Source: an uncultured Candidatus Poseidoniales archaeon (GTDB taxonomy: Archaea; Thermoplasmatota; Poseidoniia; Poseidoniales; Thalassarchaeaceae). Taken from it: a DNA stretch of 64,000 bases. Positions 50,744 to 60,939 of the stretch are shown here, one piece after another. The number at the start of each line of letters is the position of its first letter. Position 1 is the stretch's first letter. The DNA lies in assembly GCA_902625325.1 (NCBI GenBank), contig CACOAW010000004.1, forward strand, positions 50,647 to 114,646. Direction: 5' to 3'. The translations under genes and the position numbers were made by a program. The notes under the pieces are model-generated. The model saw only the letters and a list, made by a program, of their open reading frames with translations, made no database searches and was not told where the DNA came from.

Positions 50744-51096
50744 TTGAAATGAGTTTTGACTGGACACCCGAAGAGCTGCAAAAAGTTGTTGATGACAATA
50801 AAATTGTGATTTTTATGAAGGGCACACCCGACCAACCACAATGTGGATTCTCAGCAAGAGGAGCCCAAGTTATCAGCATGCTAGCAAATGAACTTGGGAT
50901 GGAGACATTTGCTAGTGTCAACGTCCTTTCGGATCCTAGAGCAAGATCAGCGCTGAAGGAGTGGTCAGATTTCCCCACCATTCCCCAAGTCTTCATCAAC
51001 GGAGAATTGATCGGGGGGTCAGATATCGCCCTAGAGCTGTATGAATCAGGAGATCTTCAGAACATGCTTAGCGATGATAGTAATGCATCGGAGTGA
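50740..51096 (+). CDS. grxD: Monothiol glutaredoxin (Grx4/GrxD)
   Basis: FMKGTP..PQCGFS and PTIPQVFINGELIGGSD. Confidence 0.94.
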   Translation: MIEMSFDWTPEELQKVVDDNKIVIFMKGTPDQPQCGFSARGAQVISMLANELGMETFASVNVLSDPRARSALKEWSDFPTIPQVFINGELIGGSDIALELYESGDLQNMLSDDSNASE

Positions 51097-51105
51097 TGGA
51101 GGCTG

Positions 51106-52029
51106 ATGACGACGCCGGCAGATGACCGGCGCATTATGCTGATAGCCCTTGCGGGCGCCTCCCTGCTCTCGTTTGCCCCACTGCTCTACATACAATCCGA
51201 AACAACACCGATTACCGGGGCCTTCTTCAGAATGGTTTACGCAATCCCAATCCTATTCATCCTGGTTTTGTATTTGAACAGGGAAGATAACAGATCTTTC
51301 AACAGCAGGATGCTCACCTTTGCCGCTGGAATCCTTCTAGCCATTGACTTCGCAGGATATCACAGTGCCATTGACTACATTGGAAGTGGAATAGCAACAT
51401 TGATTGGAAACTCTCAGGTAATTATTGTCACATTAGTTAGCTGGTGGCTATTCGGTGAGAGGCCGAATCGGATGATATTGCTGGCACTGCCGATGGTAAT
51501 GATCGGACTCGTTTTCATAGCTGGTATCTGGGATGATGAACCGTATGGACAAGATCCATTGAAGGGAGTCGTCGGAGCCATCGTCGCAGCAATCTTCTAC
51601 TCTTCTTTCCTGATTCTGTACAGGTACTCAAATAGAATCCAAGCCCCCTCCGCGAATCTCCAATTCGATGCTACCATAGGAGCAGCAATTGGCCTTCTTC
51701 TGGTCGGAATCGCTCCCTTGGAAAGATTGGACATCGAACCAATAGACTTCACAATGAACTGGCCTGGCCATGGGTGGTTATTCCTATTAGCCATATCGTG
51801 CCAAGTAATTGGCTGGATTGCTATTACATTCGCCCTCCCTCGCCTTCCAGCCGCACATACCTCCTTCGCGGTTCTATTACAACCGGTTCTCACAATAGTC
51901 TGGGCCGTAATCCTTCTTTCTGAGCAGCCTTCGTTGCAGCAGATAGTTGGGATGACCCTCATTTTCTCAGCTATCATCGCTGTGACTTTGTTTGGGGATT
52001 CTCAAACCGAGAAACATAATATAGATTAG
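51106..52029 (+). CDS. EamA/DMT family transporter
   Basis: About 10 TMs, AFFR, LFGERP and LLQPV. Confidence 0.9.
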   Translation: MTTPADDRRIMLIALAGASLLSFAPLLYIQSETTPITGAFFRMVYAIPILFILVLYLNREDNRSFNSRMLTFAAGILLAIDFAGYHSAIDYIGSGIATLIGNSQVIIVTLVSWWLFGERPNRMILLALPMVMIGLVFIAGIWDDEPYGQDPLKGVVGAIVAAIFYSSFLILYRYSNRIQAPSANLQFDATIGAAIGLLLVGIAPLERLDIEPIDFTMNWPGHGWLFLLAISCQVIGWIAITFALPRLPAAHTSFAVLLQPVLTIVWAVILLSEQPSLQQIVGMTLIFSAIIAVTLFGDSQTEKHNID

Positions 52030-52228
52030 AACTTGCAAATTTCCTGCCAATTTTAAGCAGTCTGCTAACCAACCAAAAGGTGTACAGGAGAGAGATAAAT
52101 GCGAGGGGATGGGATGCACTCAGCGAGAACCTTTCGTCCTGTACAAACGTGACAGACAGGAGGCAATAGTTAATCGTTGTGAGGAACGGAAGAATATCTA
52201 GCCAAATCCGGATAAAAAGAATGTCTAT

Positions 52229-53242
52229 TTACTCCACTGTCAGAATCTCTGGACCGCCCTCTGTTACGAATACCGTGTGCTCGAATTGCCCCACAACTCC
52301 CTTATCGACATCCCTGAGTGCGCTGTAGACCTCTAGGAACCTGATCGATGTCAACTTCTTGATTAGAGCCTTCCATTTCCTTCTCAGGGACTCCTCGCTC
52401 TCCTCTGGGAAGGGCTTGCTAAGCAGAGGGAATGCCCATCTCTCTGCGAAAGGTAGGGTGTTGTACCTCTCTTCGATATATCTCGCCATAGTAGCGCCCA
52501 GTGGTTTCAACTTACCTTTGGACAGGGCCTTTCTAATCCTCACATCTCCGGTCACTCTCAGAATATTGGACGAATCAGAGGGAGGTACATTCTCAATCAT
52601 CCCACTTTTTCCTGTGGTATTGAATGGCTCAATAGCATATACCCCCCCTTCCTCAACCTCCCCTCTGTAACCAGGATTGTTAGGACCACATGCGAACATA
52701 GGTATTGAAACCCCAGAGTGTAGATTCCATCTTTCCATCTTGTGACCGCTAAGATTCCTGATTGGTTCGAAGCCAGCATCTATCGTTGCTTGTTGTGCTG
52801 CCTCCCCGACCACATGCCATGGTGTTCCCGGGTGCATCTTTTCGATAGCTGCGTCTCGTGCCTCTCTCGCTGCTCTTATCTGCTCAGTGTGCTCTCCCCC
52901 ATTCCCCACTTCTACTGTGAGAGCATTGTCTCCTAGGGCCCCTTTGATGTGGACGCCAACATCCAGCTTGACTAAATCCCCTTTTTGGAAGATCATCTCG
53001 CCTTCGAAGCCCTCAGGAGGAGTCCGCTCTGTGTTGGAGGTGTAATGTGCGGCCATATCGTTAACAGAAATAGTCACAGGGAATGCAGCCTTACCTCCGT
53101 GCCTTCTGATGAACCTCTCTGCCGAATCTATTACTTCTGACCACTCCTTTCCTTCTACAATCTCTCCCTTTATGCCTTCAAGGGTTCTTCTGGCTACGTG
53201 ACCAGCATCTCGCCATTGCTTCAGATTCTGCTCTTCCACCAT
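52229..53242 (-). CDS. map: Methionine aminopeptidase type II
   Basis: AFPV..S.N..AAHYT, KLDVGVH, NLSGH, AIEPF and QFEHT. Confidence 0.95.
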   Translation of the reverse strand: MVEEQNLKQWRDAGHVARRTLEGIKGEIVEGKEWSEVIDSAERFIRRHGGKAAFPVTISVNDMAAHYTSNTERTPPEGFEGEMIFQKGDLVKLDVGVHIKGALGDNALTVEVGNGGEHTEQIRAAREARDAAIEKMHPGTPWHVVGEAAQQATIDAGFEPIRNLSGHKMERWNLHSGVSIPMFACGPNNPGYRGEVEEGGVYAIEPFNTTGKSGMIENVPPSDSSNILRVTGDVRIRKALSKGKLKPLGATMARYIEERYNTLPFAERWAFPLLSKPFPEESEESLRRKWKALIKKLTSIRFLEVYSALRDVDKGVVGQFEHTVFVTEGGPEILTVE

Positions 53243-53823
53243 GACAAAACTTCCTCGGAACTAATCTTCCCTTCTCTGATTACCTCAATACTCGACGACT
53301 CAGGTGAGTCCCAGACCGTATGCCATGCTATCAAAGTACTGGGTGGTCCTCCTTCACAGACACCATCGACACCGACAATTGATTCCTCGGCCCCTCGAAG
53401 AGACTCTGCGGCTTCTACACAATCTAACAAGGGCTCCTGTCCAGAAACATTTGCACTAGTTGCTGTCAGCGGACCCGTCCTACTGAGCAACTTCTTGGCC
53501 TTTCTGTTCGATACCACTCTGACGGCCACCTTGTTCCCCCCGAGTCTAGAGTCCATCTCATTCTTCGCTCTAAGTATAACAGTCAGAGATCCTTCTGGAA
53601 ACACATCAAGAATTTCGTTTACGTCATCAGGGACATGAACTATCTCACTAGCCTGACTCAGGCTCACAACACCGAGACTCACAGGAGCTCCACTACTCCT
53701 TCCCTTTATCCGGTAAAGCCTGTCTAAGGCATTTGAATCTGGGATACATCCCAGGGCAGGCAGCGTAGACGTAGGATAAACGATACAACCTCCTGAGAGA
53801 ACCCATTCGATGGCGTCTTCCAA
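53221..53823 (-). CDS. tsaC: L-threonylcarbamoyladenylate synthase (YrdC/Sua5 domain)
   Basis: VYPT.T...LG, KGR, VAVR, TATSANVSG and PST. Confidence 0.88.
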   Translation of the reverse strand: MEDAIEWVLSGGCIVYPTSTLPALGCIPDSNALDRLYRIKGRSSGAPVSLGVVSLSQASEIVHVPDDVNEILDVFPEGSLTVILRAKNEMDSRLGGNKVAVRVVSNRKAKKLLSRTGPLTATSANVSGQEPLLDCVEAAESLRGAEESIVGVDGVCEGGPPSTLIAWHTVWDSPESSSIEVIREGKISSEEVLSWWKSRI

Positions 53824-53831
53824 GTCTACAC

Positions 53832-54404
53832 CTACTTGATATTCTTCCTACTCGCCGGGGGAAGAGACTCAGAATGTGCGACGATTGTACCTACACTTAG
53901 ATCAAGATTTGATTGATGGGTATGCCTCTGCGAAATCCTAGCTAATTCGTAAATACCGAAGTACAGGTTTACAACTGGAAGCAGGTAGAGTAACTTCGCA
54001 AAGGCCCTCCTATCCCAAATATTGCTTTCCACTTTACTCCCATCTTCCATAACGATGGCAATTCCCAGGACTTTTTGACCAAGAGACCTAGACAATGCCA
54101 AACCCGTCAATCTCCAGTACAGCCAGTGGGTGGTGAGAAAAATAGCAGCGAAAGCAACAGCATAGTGGAAATCCGAGGAAGACCACAGGGAGATGTTCAA
54201 TGCGTTTGCAATCATTCCTCTAGTAGCTAAATTTAGAATCGAGACAACGATAACTACGTCAATCACGAAGGCTACGAGCCTCTTGGATCCAGAAGAAAGG
54301 ATTGTACCATCCGGGACTGACCAGTGTTCCTGCTCCTGAGAAACAATGGCCTTGGCTAGAGTTCCTCCTCCATGAATGGAGATTGGGGAGTCATGATCAC
54401 CCAT
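53832..54404 (-). CDS. RDD family membrane protein
   Basis: KRLVAFVID, SLGQK.LGI.IV and Q...D...GT.V. Confidence 0.82.
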   Translation of the reverse strand: MGDHDSPISIHGGGTLAKAIVSQEQEHWSVPDGTILSSGSKRLVAFVIDVVIVVSILNLATRGMIANALNISLWSSSDFHYAVAFAAIFLTTHWLYWRLTGLALSRSLGQKVLGIAIVMEDGSKVESNIWDRRAFAKLLYLLPVVNLYFGIYELARISQRHTHQSNLDLSVGTIVAHSESLPPASRKNIK

Positions 54405-54413
54405 CGTTACGCC

Positions 54414-56342
54414 TCACGCTGTCCCCAAGAGATGCCATGCCTCAAGTTTGCTACTCCTGATGTGATCAATCCAAGCTCTCCAATTATCGTCATGTCTGAG
54501 AGTTTCCGGGTTACCTACCACTATGAGTCCTCTCTTAGATCTGGTTAGTGCTACGTTCAATCTCCTACCATCCGAAAGGAAACCTACATTGCCATCGGGG
54601 TTGGATCTCACACTGGAGAAGATTATCACGTCCTTCTCCCTTCCCTGGTACCCGTCCACCGTCCTGACCTCAACATCCTGCATTGATTCTGGAATCATGT
54701 CCCTTATCGCCCTTACTTGGCCGGCATATGGGGTGACTATCCCTATATCTGAAAATTCTAGTCTACCCTCTTCGATTAGTCCCATCAATATCTTAACAAC
54801 CCATGAAGCTTCAACAGGATTCTCCTTCGAGGCTCCGTCTGGAGATAGTAACTCCTCCCCTTCGACAGGTAGGAATGCCAGAGGAGCATCCCAATCTGGC
54901 CAGAGCATACCTGCAGGAGCCTCTCTATCCGATTTATCCACTCCATCCTCGAGTTTCCCATCGTAGAATCTCTTGTTCGGAAAATCGGAAATTGAAGGAT
55001 GCATTCTGTATTGGGTGGTAAGCATGAGCGGAGCGATACCCATCTCAACTAGGCGTTCGAAGAGGGATCTATCCAAACCACCTTTCTCTGCTCGACGTGA
55101 AATGACGGTTGGCGGCAGTTGTCTGTGGTCTCCGACAAGGACAATCTGCCTAGATCCCTTAACCAGAGGAACCAATGATGCTGGCTCCGTCGCCTGAGTT
55201 GCCTCGTCGATAAGAACCCTAGAAAAACTCCTTCCGTCGAGTAAATCATGTCCGGAACCTATGCACGTACAACACAGAACCTGAGCCCTATCCAGAATAT
55301 CATCCCTAATCTGTCTTTCAAGCCTCCTTACCTCCTTCCACCCTCGACTCAAATCCCTATGTGCAAGTCCTTTTTCCTTCCCTCCTCGCATCCCCTTTAT
55401 CCTACGGGATAGCTTTTCATTCCTCTCAATCTCCTCGATTAAGTCCCTGTTAAGCTCGTGACTCTCCATTCTAGCATCCATTGTGGCCTCTCTCAGACTC
55501 TCTCTAACCTTCACTGGTTGTCCGAGCCTCACGGTCCTAATTCCTCTTTCAAGCAGGCCCTCTAGCAGGTTATCGACAGCAACATTAGAATCTGCGACAG
55601 CTAAAACGGTACCAGTATCTTGAATCGCCCAGTTCTCCAATATTCTTACCGCAGTATGAGTCTTTCCCGTACCCGGGGGGCCCTGAATCAAAGTCAATCT
55701 CCTACTGATTCCCATCTTGGCAGCCTCCCTCTGGGACTCGTTCAGGTCACTAGGAAGTGGAACCCTGACCTCCTTAGCCCCTTTCATCTCTGGAATTAGG
55801 GAAGCGGTGGCTTCTGGATCGTGTACAAGACCAAGTAGAAGCTCCCTTAGTGGGGCGCCTCCACTCTCTTCGAAAATTGAATTCAACGCATCTCTCATCC
55901 TATCGAATGCAACTCGATTGGCTCCCCTGTCAATTCTCCACGTTCCTTTTCTAAGTCCCTTTGGAGCCTCGGGTAGTACCACTCTAATCGAGTCTCTGCT
56001 TCTATTGCTGACTATTGCCTCTATGGGTTTTTCAGTTAATGGATTGCTCCTACTGAGCATGATGATGTCGCCCTGCCTGAATCTATGAGAGCCCAGGCCC
56101 CTCCCAGCTCCTCTTCGAAATCTTATCACTCGTTGGCCGAATAACCAGCCATCAGTCTTAGCGCTCAAACCAAAAAGAGCAATCCCATTTGCTTCGAGTT
56201 TCTTATCCGACCAATTCCTCAATCTCTCCTCAGTCATTGCCAACTCATCTTCTAGTTCCCATCTGATTAGACGAAGATAGGCCTCATGGTGGTCCTGGCT
56301 CCTCTGGAAGCGACTCGCAATATCCTTCTCAGAACCTGCCAC
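54414..56342 (-). CDS. Superfamily 1 (Upf1/IGHMBP2/DNA2-NAM7-like) helicase
   Basis: QGPPGTGKT, SNVAVDN, IDEATQ, GDHRQL, QYRMHP, TVDGYQGRE and RRLNVALTR. Confidence 0.95.
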   Translation of the reverse strand: MAGSEKDIASRFQRSQDHHEAYLRLIRWELEDELAMTEERLRNWSDKKLEANGIALFGLSAKTDGWLFGQRVIRFRRGAGRGLGSHRFRQGDIIMLSRSNPLTEKPIEAIVSNRSRDSIRVVLPEAPKGLRKGTWRIDRGANRVAFDRMRDALNSIFEESGGAPLRELLLGLVHDPEATASLIPEMKGAKEVRVPLPSDLNESQREAAKMGISRRLTLIQGPPGTGKTHTAVRILENWAIQDTGTVLAVADSNVAVDNLLEGLLERGIRTVRLGQPVKVRESLREATMDARMESHELNRDLIEEIERNEKLSRRIKGMRGGKEKGLAHRDLSRGWKEVRRLERQIRDDILDRAQVLCCTCIGSGHDLLDGRSFSRVLIDEATQATEPASLVPLVKGSRQIVLVGDHRQLPPTVISRRAEKGGLDRSLFERLVEMGIAPLMLTTQYRMHPSISDFPNKRFYDGKLEDGVDKSDREAPAGMLWPDWDAPLAFLPVEGEELLSPDGASKENPVEASWVVKILMGLIEEGRLEFSDIGIVTPYAGQVRAIRDMIPESMQDVEVRTVDGYQGREKDVIIFSSVRSNPDGNVGFLSDGRRLNVALTRSKRGLIVVGNPETLRHDDNWRAWIDHIRSSKLEAWHLLGTA

Positions 56343-56469
56343 GACCTACCGTCACCTCTAGCCCCTATCACGGTTACTTGATGAACCTCTGACTCAATAA
56401 TCAATCCATTTCCAGTGAGAATTAAACGCTCGAAGTACTCGAGGGGGATATCCAGGGGGGACGGGACTG

Positions 56470-57577
56470 GTGTTTGACAGATTCAAGTCATGGAGCAATT
56501 CAAATTCCAAGGGCTTAGTTTGCCCATCCTGTCAGCATACTAATCAAGAGGGAACAAAGGTTTGCACGCGATGTTACTATCAAATAGACCGACCTTTCTT
56601 CCAGCAGAATTCCGGCCTAGAAGAAGATGAATCTACAGATCTCCTAGACCAACTTATGACCGAGATTGAACATCAGGAGGAGGAGGAAATCGCCCCCCCC
56701 TTCATTCGCATTAGATGATTTAACGGTCGAAGTATCACAATATGAGGAGGGAGAAGAAATCGTACTCGATAGAAAGCCAACCTTCGACTCAATGTTCCCT
56801 TCAGAGGAAGATGTCGATGAAGAATACGAACTGACTGCAGATGACATCCCCCAATTTGTCCAGAAGTTTGAGGTTCCAAAGGATTTACCGGAGGAAGAGG
56901 AAATTATTGAGCGGAGACAAATCGAATTAGTTCAACCAAACTCTGAAACACCAACGTTCGTACAGCCTACCCCTCCAAGTGAATTAATCGATGCAGAGGA
57001 GAGCGGGGTGCCACTCTCCAATCAACCACGATTGAAGCCAGAAGACTTCGATGGAGATGGTAAGATTGACGAATTCGAAGCGGCATTCTCCACAGAGTCC
57101 ACGGAACTGGACACCTCTCCGCAAATACCCCCTGCTCCTTCATTCTCAATCCCTAAAATCACCTCTCTTCCTTTACAAGAGGAAAGAGTCGTATCCCCCT
57201 CAGAAACAATACCAAAGTTGCCCTCGGCTCCAGTCATCCCTCAACAGGAAAACCCTCCAAAACCAAATGAGCATTCTGAAGAGCCCCCTACTTTTTGGCC
57301 TTGGCAGCAACAAGAGGAATGGCCCGCTGCAGAAATAATCAAACAATTGCAATCTGCAATCAGATCAGCTAAGGAGCAGAATACAGCCCAAGCCACCGTG
57401 CTATTGGATGAAGTAGGTCCTCATCTGGGGAACAGGACCTCATTGGTGTATTCAGTAGGAAGGCTACTAATGTCGATTGGTAGGAATTCAGAAGCCACAA
57501 GGATGGTGGAATCCGCGATAAAACTGCATCCAGATGACCCTGACCTAGTTCGAGCAAGTGAGAAACTGATTTCATAA
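56470..57577 (+). pseudogene. Zinc-ribbon / acidic-Pro-rich / TPR-like protein split by a frameshift in a C8 run
   Basis: ORF 56470-56718 (CPSC...CTRC) and ORF 56666-57577 join in frame if one C is removed from 56693-56700. Confidence 0.7.
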
Positions 57578-57599
57578 CCTAGACTTCGACGCAGAACTG

Positions 57600-58211
57600 A
57601 TGCGGTGGGACCCTTCCCCGAGAATTATGCGGAGACGAGCCACTTCCACCATTCGAGTGGATGAGGGGCTGGTTCTAAGACCAGCTTCAAAGTCTCACAT
57701 AGCAGAAATAGTCGAAGCATTCGAGGAGACCTGGCCAGATGTGATGAGAGCAATGCCTTGGATTAATCCAGATATGGAAATAAGACCTCAGATTGAGGAT
57801 TTCATCAGAGACACAGAGAGGAAGGGCAGATCGGGCCTCCTTCATCACTGGGTGATGATACGTCCTTGGGATGGTTTTGTCATTGGATTAGTCGGCTTTG
57901 ATAGGGTTACTAGATCTGAGAGGGCGACTTGGAATTTGGGATACTGGGTAAGGAGCTCTGAACAAAGACACGGATATGCCAGGAGAAGTATAGACTCAGT
58001 TCTAGATTGGTTGGGACAGATCGGCGAAATGATTGTAGAAGTCAAGGTCGATCCCAACAACAAAGCCGGTTTAGAGACCGTAATCAGAACTGTCAGGAAA
58101 TGGAGAGGAGAGAGATGCGTTTCGGGAGACTCACCAATTACTGTCGCTGGAATCAGGACAATGCACGAGTGCCATTTGATAGAGTTGGGGCCAAGAACAT
58201 CCCCATCATAG
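57600..58211 (+). CDS. GNAT (RimJ/RimL-like) N-acetyltransferase
   Basis: MPW, LGYWV...Q.HGYA and N.A motifs. Confidence 0.85.
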   Translation: MRWDPSPRIMRRRATSTIRVDEGLVLRPASKSHIAEIVEAFEETWPDVMRAMPWINPDMEIRPQIEDFIRDTERKGRSGLLHHWVMIRPWDGFVIGLVGFDRVTRSERATWNLGYWVRSSEQRHGYARRSIDSVLDWLGQIGEMIVEVKVDPNNKAGLETVIRTVRKWRGERCVSGDSPITVAGIRTMHECHLIELGPRTSPS

Positions 58212-58284
58212 GCAGACACAACCGTCGACCCATTCAAAAAACACCTCTTGACTGGAGATTCTGCCCAACAGGGCAGTGATTGCC

Positions 58285-60939
58285 ATGCCTCCCCCAGAAC
58301 CACGACAGACTCTTCCCGATACCGACCCAGAGGAGACGGATGAATGGCTGGAATCCTTGAGGACCCTGGCATCTTCACAGGGCACGTCAAGGGCGCGGCT
58401 ACTTCTTCAGGAGGTAATGTCAGAAGCGTCTTCCTTGGGTATCGAAATTTCACCATCTAGAACCCCATACCTTAACTCAATTTCCATTGAACAACAGCCT
58501 CCATATCCTGGAAACCTAACATTGGAGAAGAAGATTCAGAATCACGTACTCTGGAATGCGGCCGCAATGGTCTCAGATGCAAACAGGAGAATTGACGGGA
58601 TAGGCGGTCATATTTCCACTTACGCCTCAAGCTCGACTTTGTACGAAGTAGGATTCCAGCATGTATTCAGGGGAAAGGACCTCAATGGCATCGGAGACGC
58701 CTTATTCATTCAGGGACACGCTAGTCCTGGAATTTATGCTCGAGCATTCCTAGAAGGAAGAATTTCCATAGATCAGGTTTCAAAGTTCAGGCAGGAGGCC
58801 TTCGTGGAGGGGCTGTCTTCATACCCCCATCCACGACTTATGCCAGATTTCTGGGAGTATCCTACCGTTTCGATGGGTTTAGGGCCACTTGGTGCCGTAA
58901 TGCAGGCGAGATTCTGGAAGTATCTCGACCAAAGAGGAATTGCAGATACATCGGAGAGTCGAGTTTTCGCCTTCTTAGGGGACGGAGAGATGGACGAACC
59001 AGAGTCAATAGCTTCCATAGCTGTAGCCGGTAGGGAACAGTTGGACAATCTAATCGTAGTAGTAAATTGCAATTTACAGAGGCTAGACGGTCCTGTAAGA
59101 GGGAATTCCAGCATCATCCAGGAATTGGAGGGCCTCTATCGAGGAGCAGGATGGACAGTGATTAAGCTAATTTGGGGGTCAGGATGGGATAGAGTATTCC
59201 AAAGAGACACAAAAGGAGAGCTTCTGGAGAAGATGGAGGGTATCACCGATGGGGATTGGCAACGAATCAGCACTCTATCAATCGACGATTTCCGAGAAGA
59301 GATGTTCTCTGGAAGCGAGTCTCTGAAGGCCCTAGGAACTTCAATTTCTGATTCTGAGATAGAAGGCCTTACCAGAGGAGGTCACGATCCAGTAAAGGTG
59401 TATTCTGCATACAAATCAGCTATTTCTGCCAAGGGTCCAGCTGTAATTTTGGCACATACAGTGAAAGGCTGGGGAATCGACTCTTTCGAGGGTAGGAACT
59501 CAACTCACCAGAAAAAGAAGATGACTGTCGACGACCTGGAAGCTTACCGCGATGCTCTGGAGATTGATATCGAGGATTCCAGACTCGAAGAAAATCCCTT
59601 CATCGCACTAGAAGAAGACTCGGATGAGATCAAGTATCTGACCGAAAGAAGAACCCAACTCGGTGGATATCTACCCTCAAGAAAACCCTCGAAAATTAAC
59701 TTCGATCTTCCCGGACAAGACACATATTCAGCATTCGACCAGGGTACCCCAGAAGGTCAAGAGGTTTCTACGACCATGGCTTTCGTTCGCCTGCTAAGAA
59801 ATCTGATGAAATCAGAGATAGGCTCCAGAGTCGTGCCTATCATCCCTGATGAAGGCAGAACTTTCGGAATGGATCCACTATTCAGCGAGTTTGAAATCTT
59901 CGCTTCTAGAGGCCAGAAGTACACTCCAGTAGACCATAAGATGCTCCTAAACTACAAGGAATCGGAATCAGGGCAGGTCCTTCAGGAAGGAATTTCGGAG
60001 GCAGGCGCCATTGCCTCATGGATATCAAGTGCCACTTCGTATTCTAGTGCAAACTCTGCTACTATGCCTTTCTATACCTTCTACTCAATGTTCGGATTTC
60101 AGAGGGTAGGGGATCAGATTTGGAGTGCTGCAGACGCGCGCGCGCGCGGCTTCCTGATGGGCGCGACAGCAGGGCGGACTACGCTTAACGGAGAGGGTCT
60201 ACAACATCAGGATGGACACAGTCTACTGATGGCCTCGGCAGTTCCTAACTGTAGAGCTTGGGATCCTGCATGTGCCTACGAGCTAGCAGCTATCATCAGA
60301 CATGGAATAGATGAGATGTGGGGCCAGAATCTTGATGTCTTCCACTATGTTATGCTTTACAACGAGAATCAGCAGCAGATGCCAAAGCCACCTGACGTGG
60401 ATGATGGCATCGTTAGGGGAGCGTACAAAATAGAGGAAGTAGGAGAGGGAAAAAGAAAGATTCGGCTACTCGGATCCGGCCCAATTCTGAGGAATGTTAG
60501 GGAGGCAGCCTCGGAACTTCTCAGTGAACACGGGATATCATCAGAGGTTTGGTCCGTAACCTCCTATGGGGAACTTCGCAGGAAAGGTCTTGAGCATGAA
60601 AGATCAAGACGCCTGAATCCTAAAATTTCCGACGAACCATACGTCTCCAGATGTTTTGGAGACGAAACGCCCACAGTCGCTACTTCCGACTACATCTGCT
60701 CCGTACCTGAGATGATTCAGAGATGGATAGGAGGCAGATACATTGTACTCGGAACAGATGGGTTCGGAAGATCCGACACACGAGAAGCCCTCCGTTCATT
60801 CTTCGAAATAGACACAAACAGCATTGTTGTCGCAGCGATTTCGGCATTGGAGCAGGAAGGAACACTACCTTCCGGCACAGTAGAGAAAGAATTGGAAAAG
60901 AGGAATCTAAACAAAGAGAGAATAGACAAGACAGAGTGA
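58285..60939 (+). CDS. aceE: Pyruvate dehydrogenase E1, homodimeric AceE type
   Basis: D.DPEET.EW, GGHISTYAS, SSYPHP, GDGEMDEPES, CNLQRLDGPVRGN, GEGLQHQDG and GTDGFGRSD. Confidence 0.96.
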   Translation: MPPPEPRQTLPDTDPEETDEWLESLRTLASSQGTSRARLLLQEVMSEASSLGIEISPSRTPYLNSISIEQQPPYPGNLTLEKKIQNHVLWNAAAMVSDANRRIDGIGGHISTYASSSTLYEVGFQHVFRGKDLNGIGDALFIQGHASPGIYARAFLEGRISIDQVSKFRQEAFVEGLSSYPHPRLMPDFWEYPTVSMGLGPLGAVMQARFWKYLDQRGIADTSESRVFAFLGDGEMDEPESIASIAVAGREQLDNLIVVVNCNLQRLDGPVRGNSSIIQELEGLYRGAGWTVIKLIWGSGWDRVFQRDTKGELLEKMEGITDGDWQRISTLSIDDFREEMFSGSESLKALGTSISDSEIEGLTRGGHDPVKVYSAYKSAISAKGPAVILAHTVKGWGIDSFEGRNSTHQKKKMTVDDLEAYRDALEIDIEDSRLEENPFIALEEDSDEIKYLTERRTQLGGYLPSRKPSKINFDLPGQDTYSAFDQGTPEGQEVSTTMAFVRLLRNLMKSEIGSRVVPIIPDEGRTFGMDPLFSEFEIFASRGQKYTPVDHKMLLNYKESESGQVLQEGISEAGAIASWISSATSYSSANSATMPFYTFYSMFGFQRVGDQIWSAADARARGFLMGATAGRTTLNGEGLQHQDGHSLLMASAVPNCRAWDPACAYELAAIIRHGIDEMWGQNLDVFHYVMLYNENQQQMPKPPDVDDGIVRGAYKIEEVGEGKRKIRLLGSGPILRNVREAASELLSEHGISSEVWSVTSYGELRRKGLEHERSRRLNPKISDEPYVSRCFGDETPTVATSDYICSVPEMIQRWIGGRYIVLGTDGFGRSDTREALRSFFEIDTNSIVVAAISALEQEGTLPSGTVEKELEKRNLNKERIDKTE

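Noticed and set aside
52081-52145. Hammerhead ribozyme (GGACGAAA on the minus strand)
   Set aside because: The CUGANGA core and three-stem arrangement are absent.
60135-60148. (CG)7 alternating run
   Set aside because: It encodes the conserved AceE D-A-R-A-R-G motif in frame, so it is a coding coincidence.
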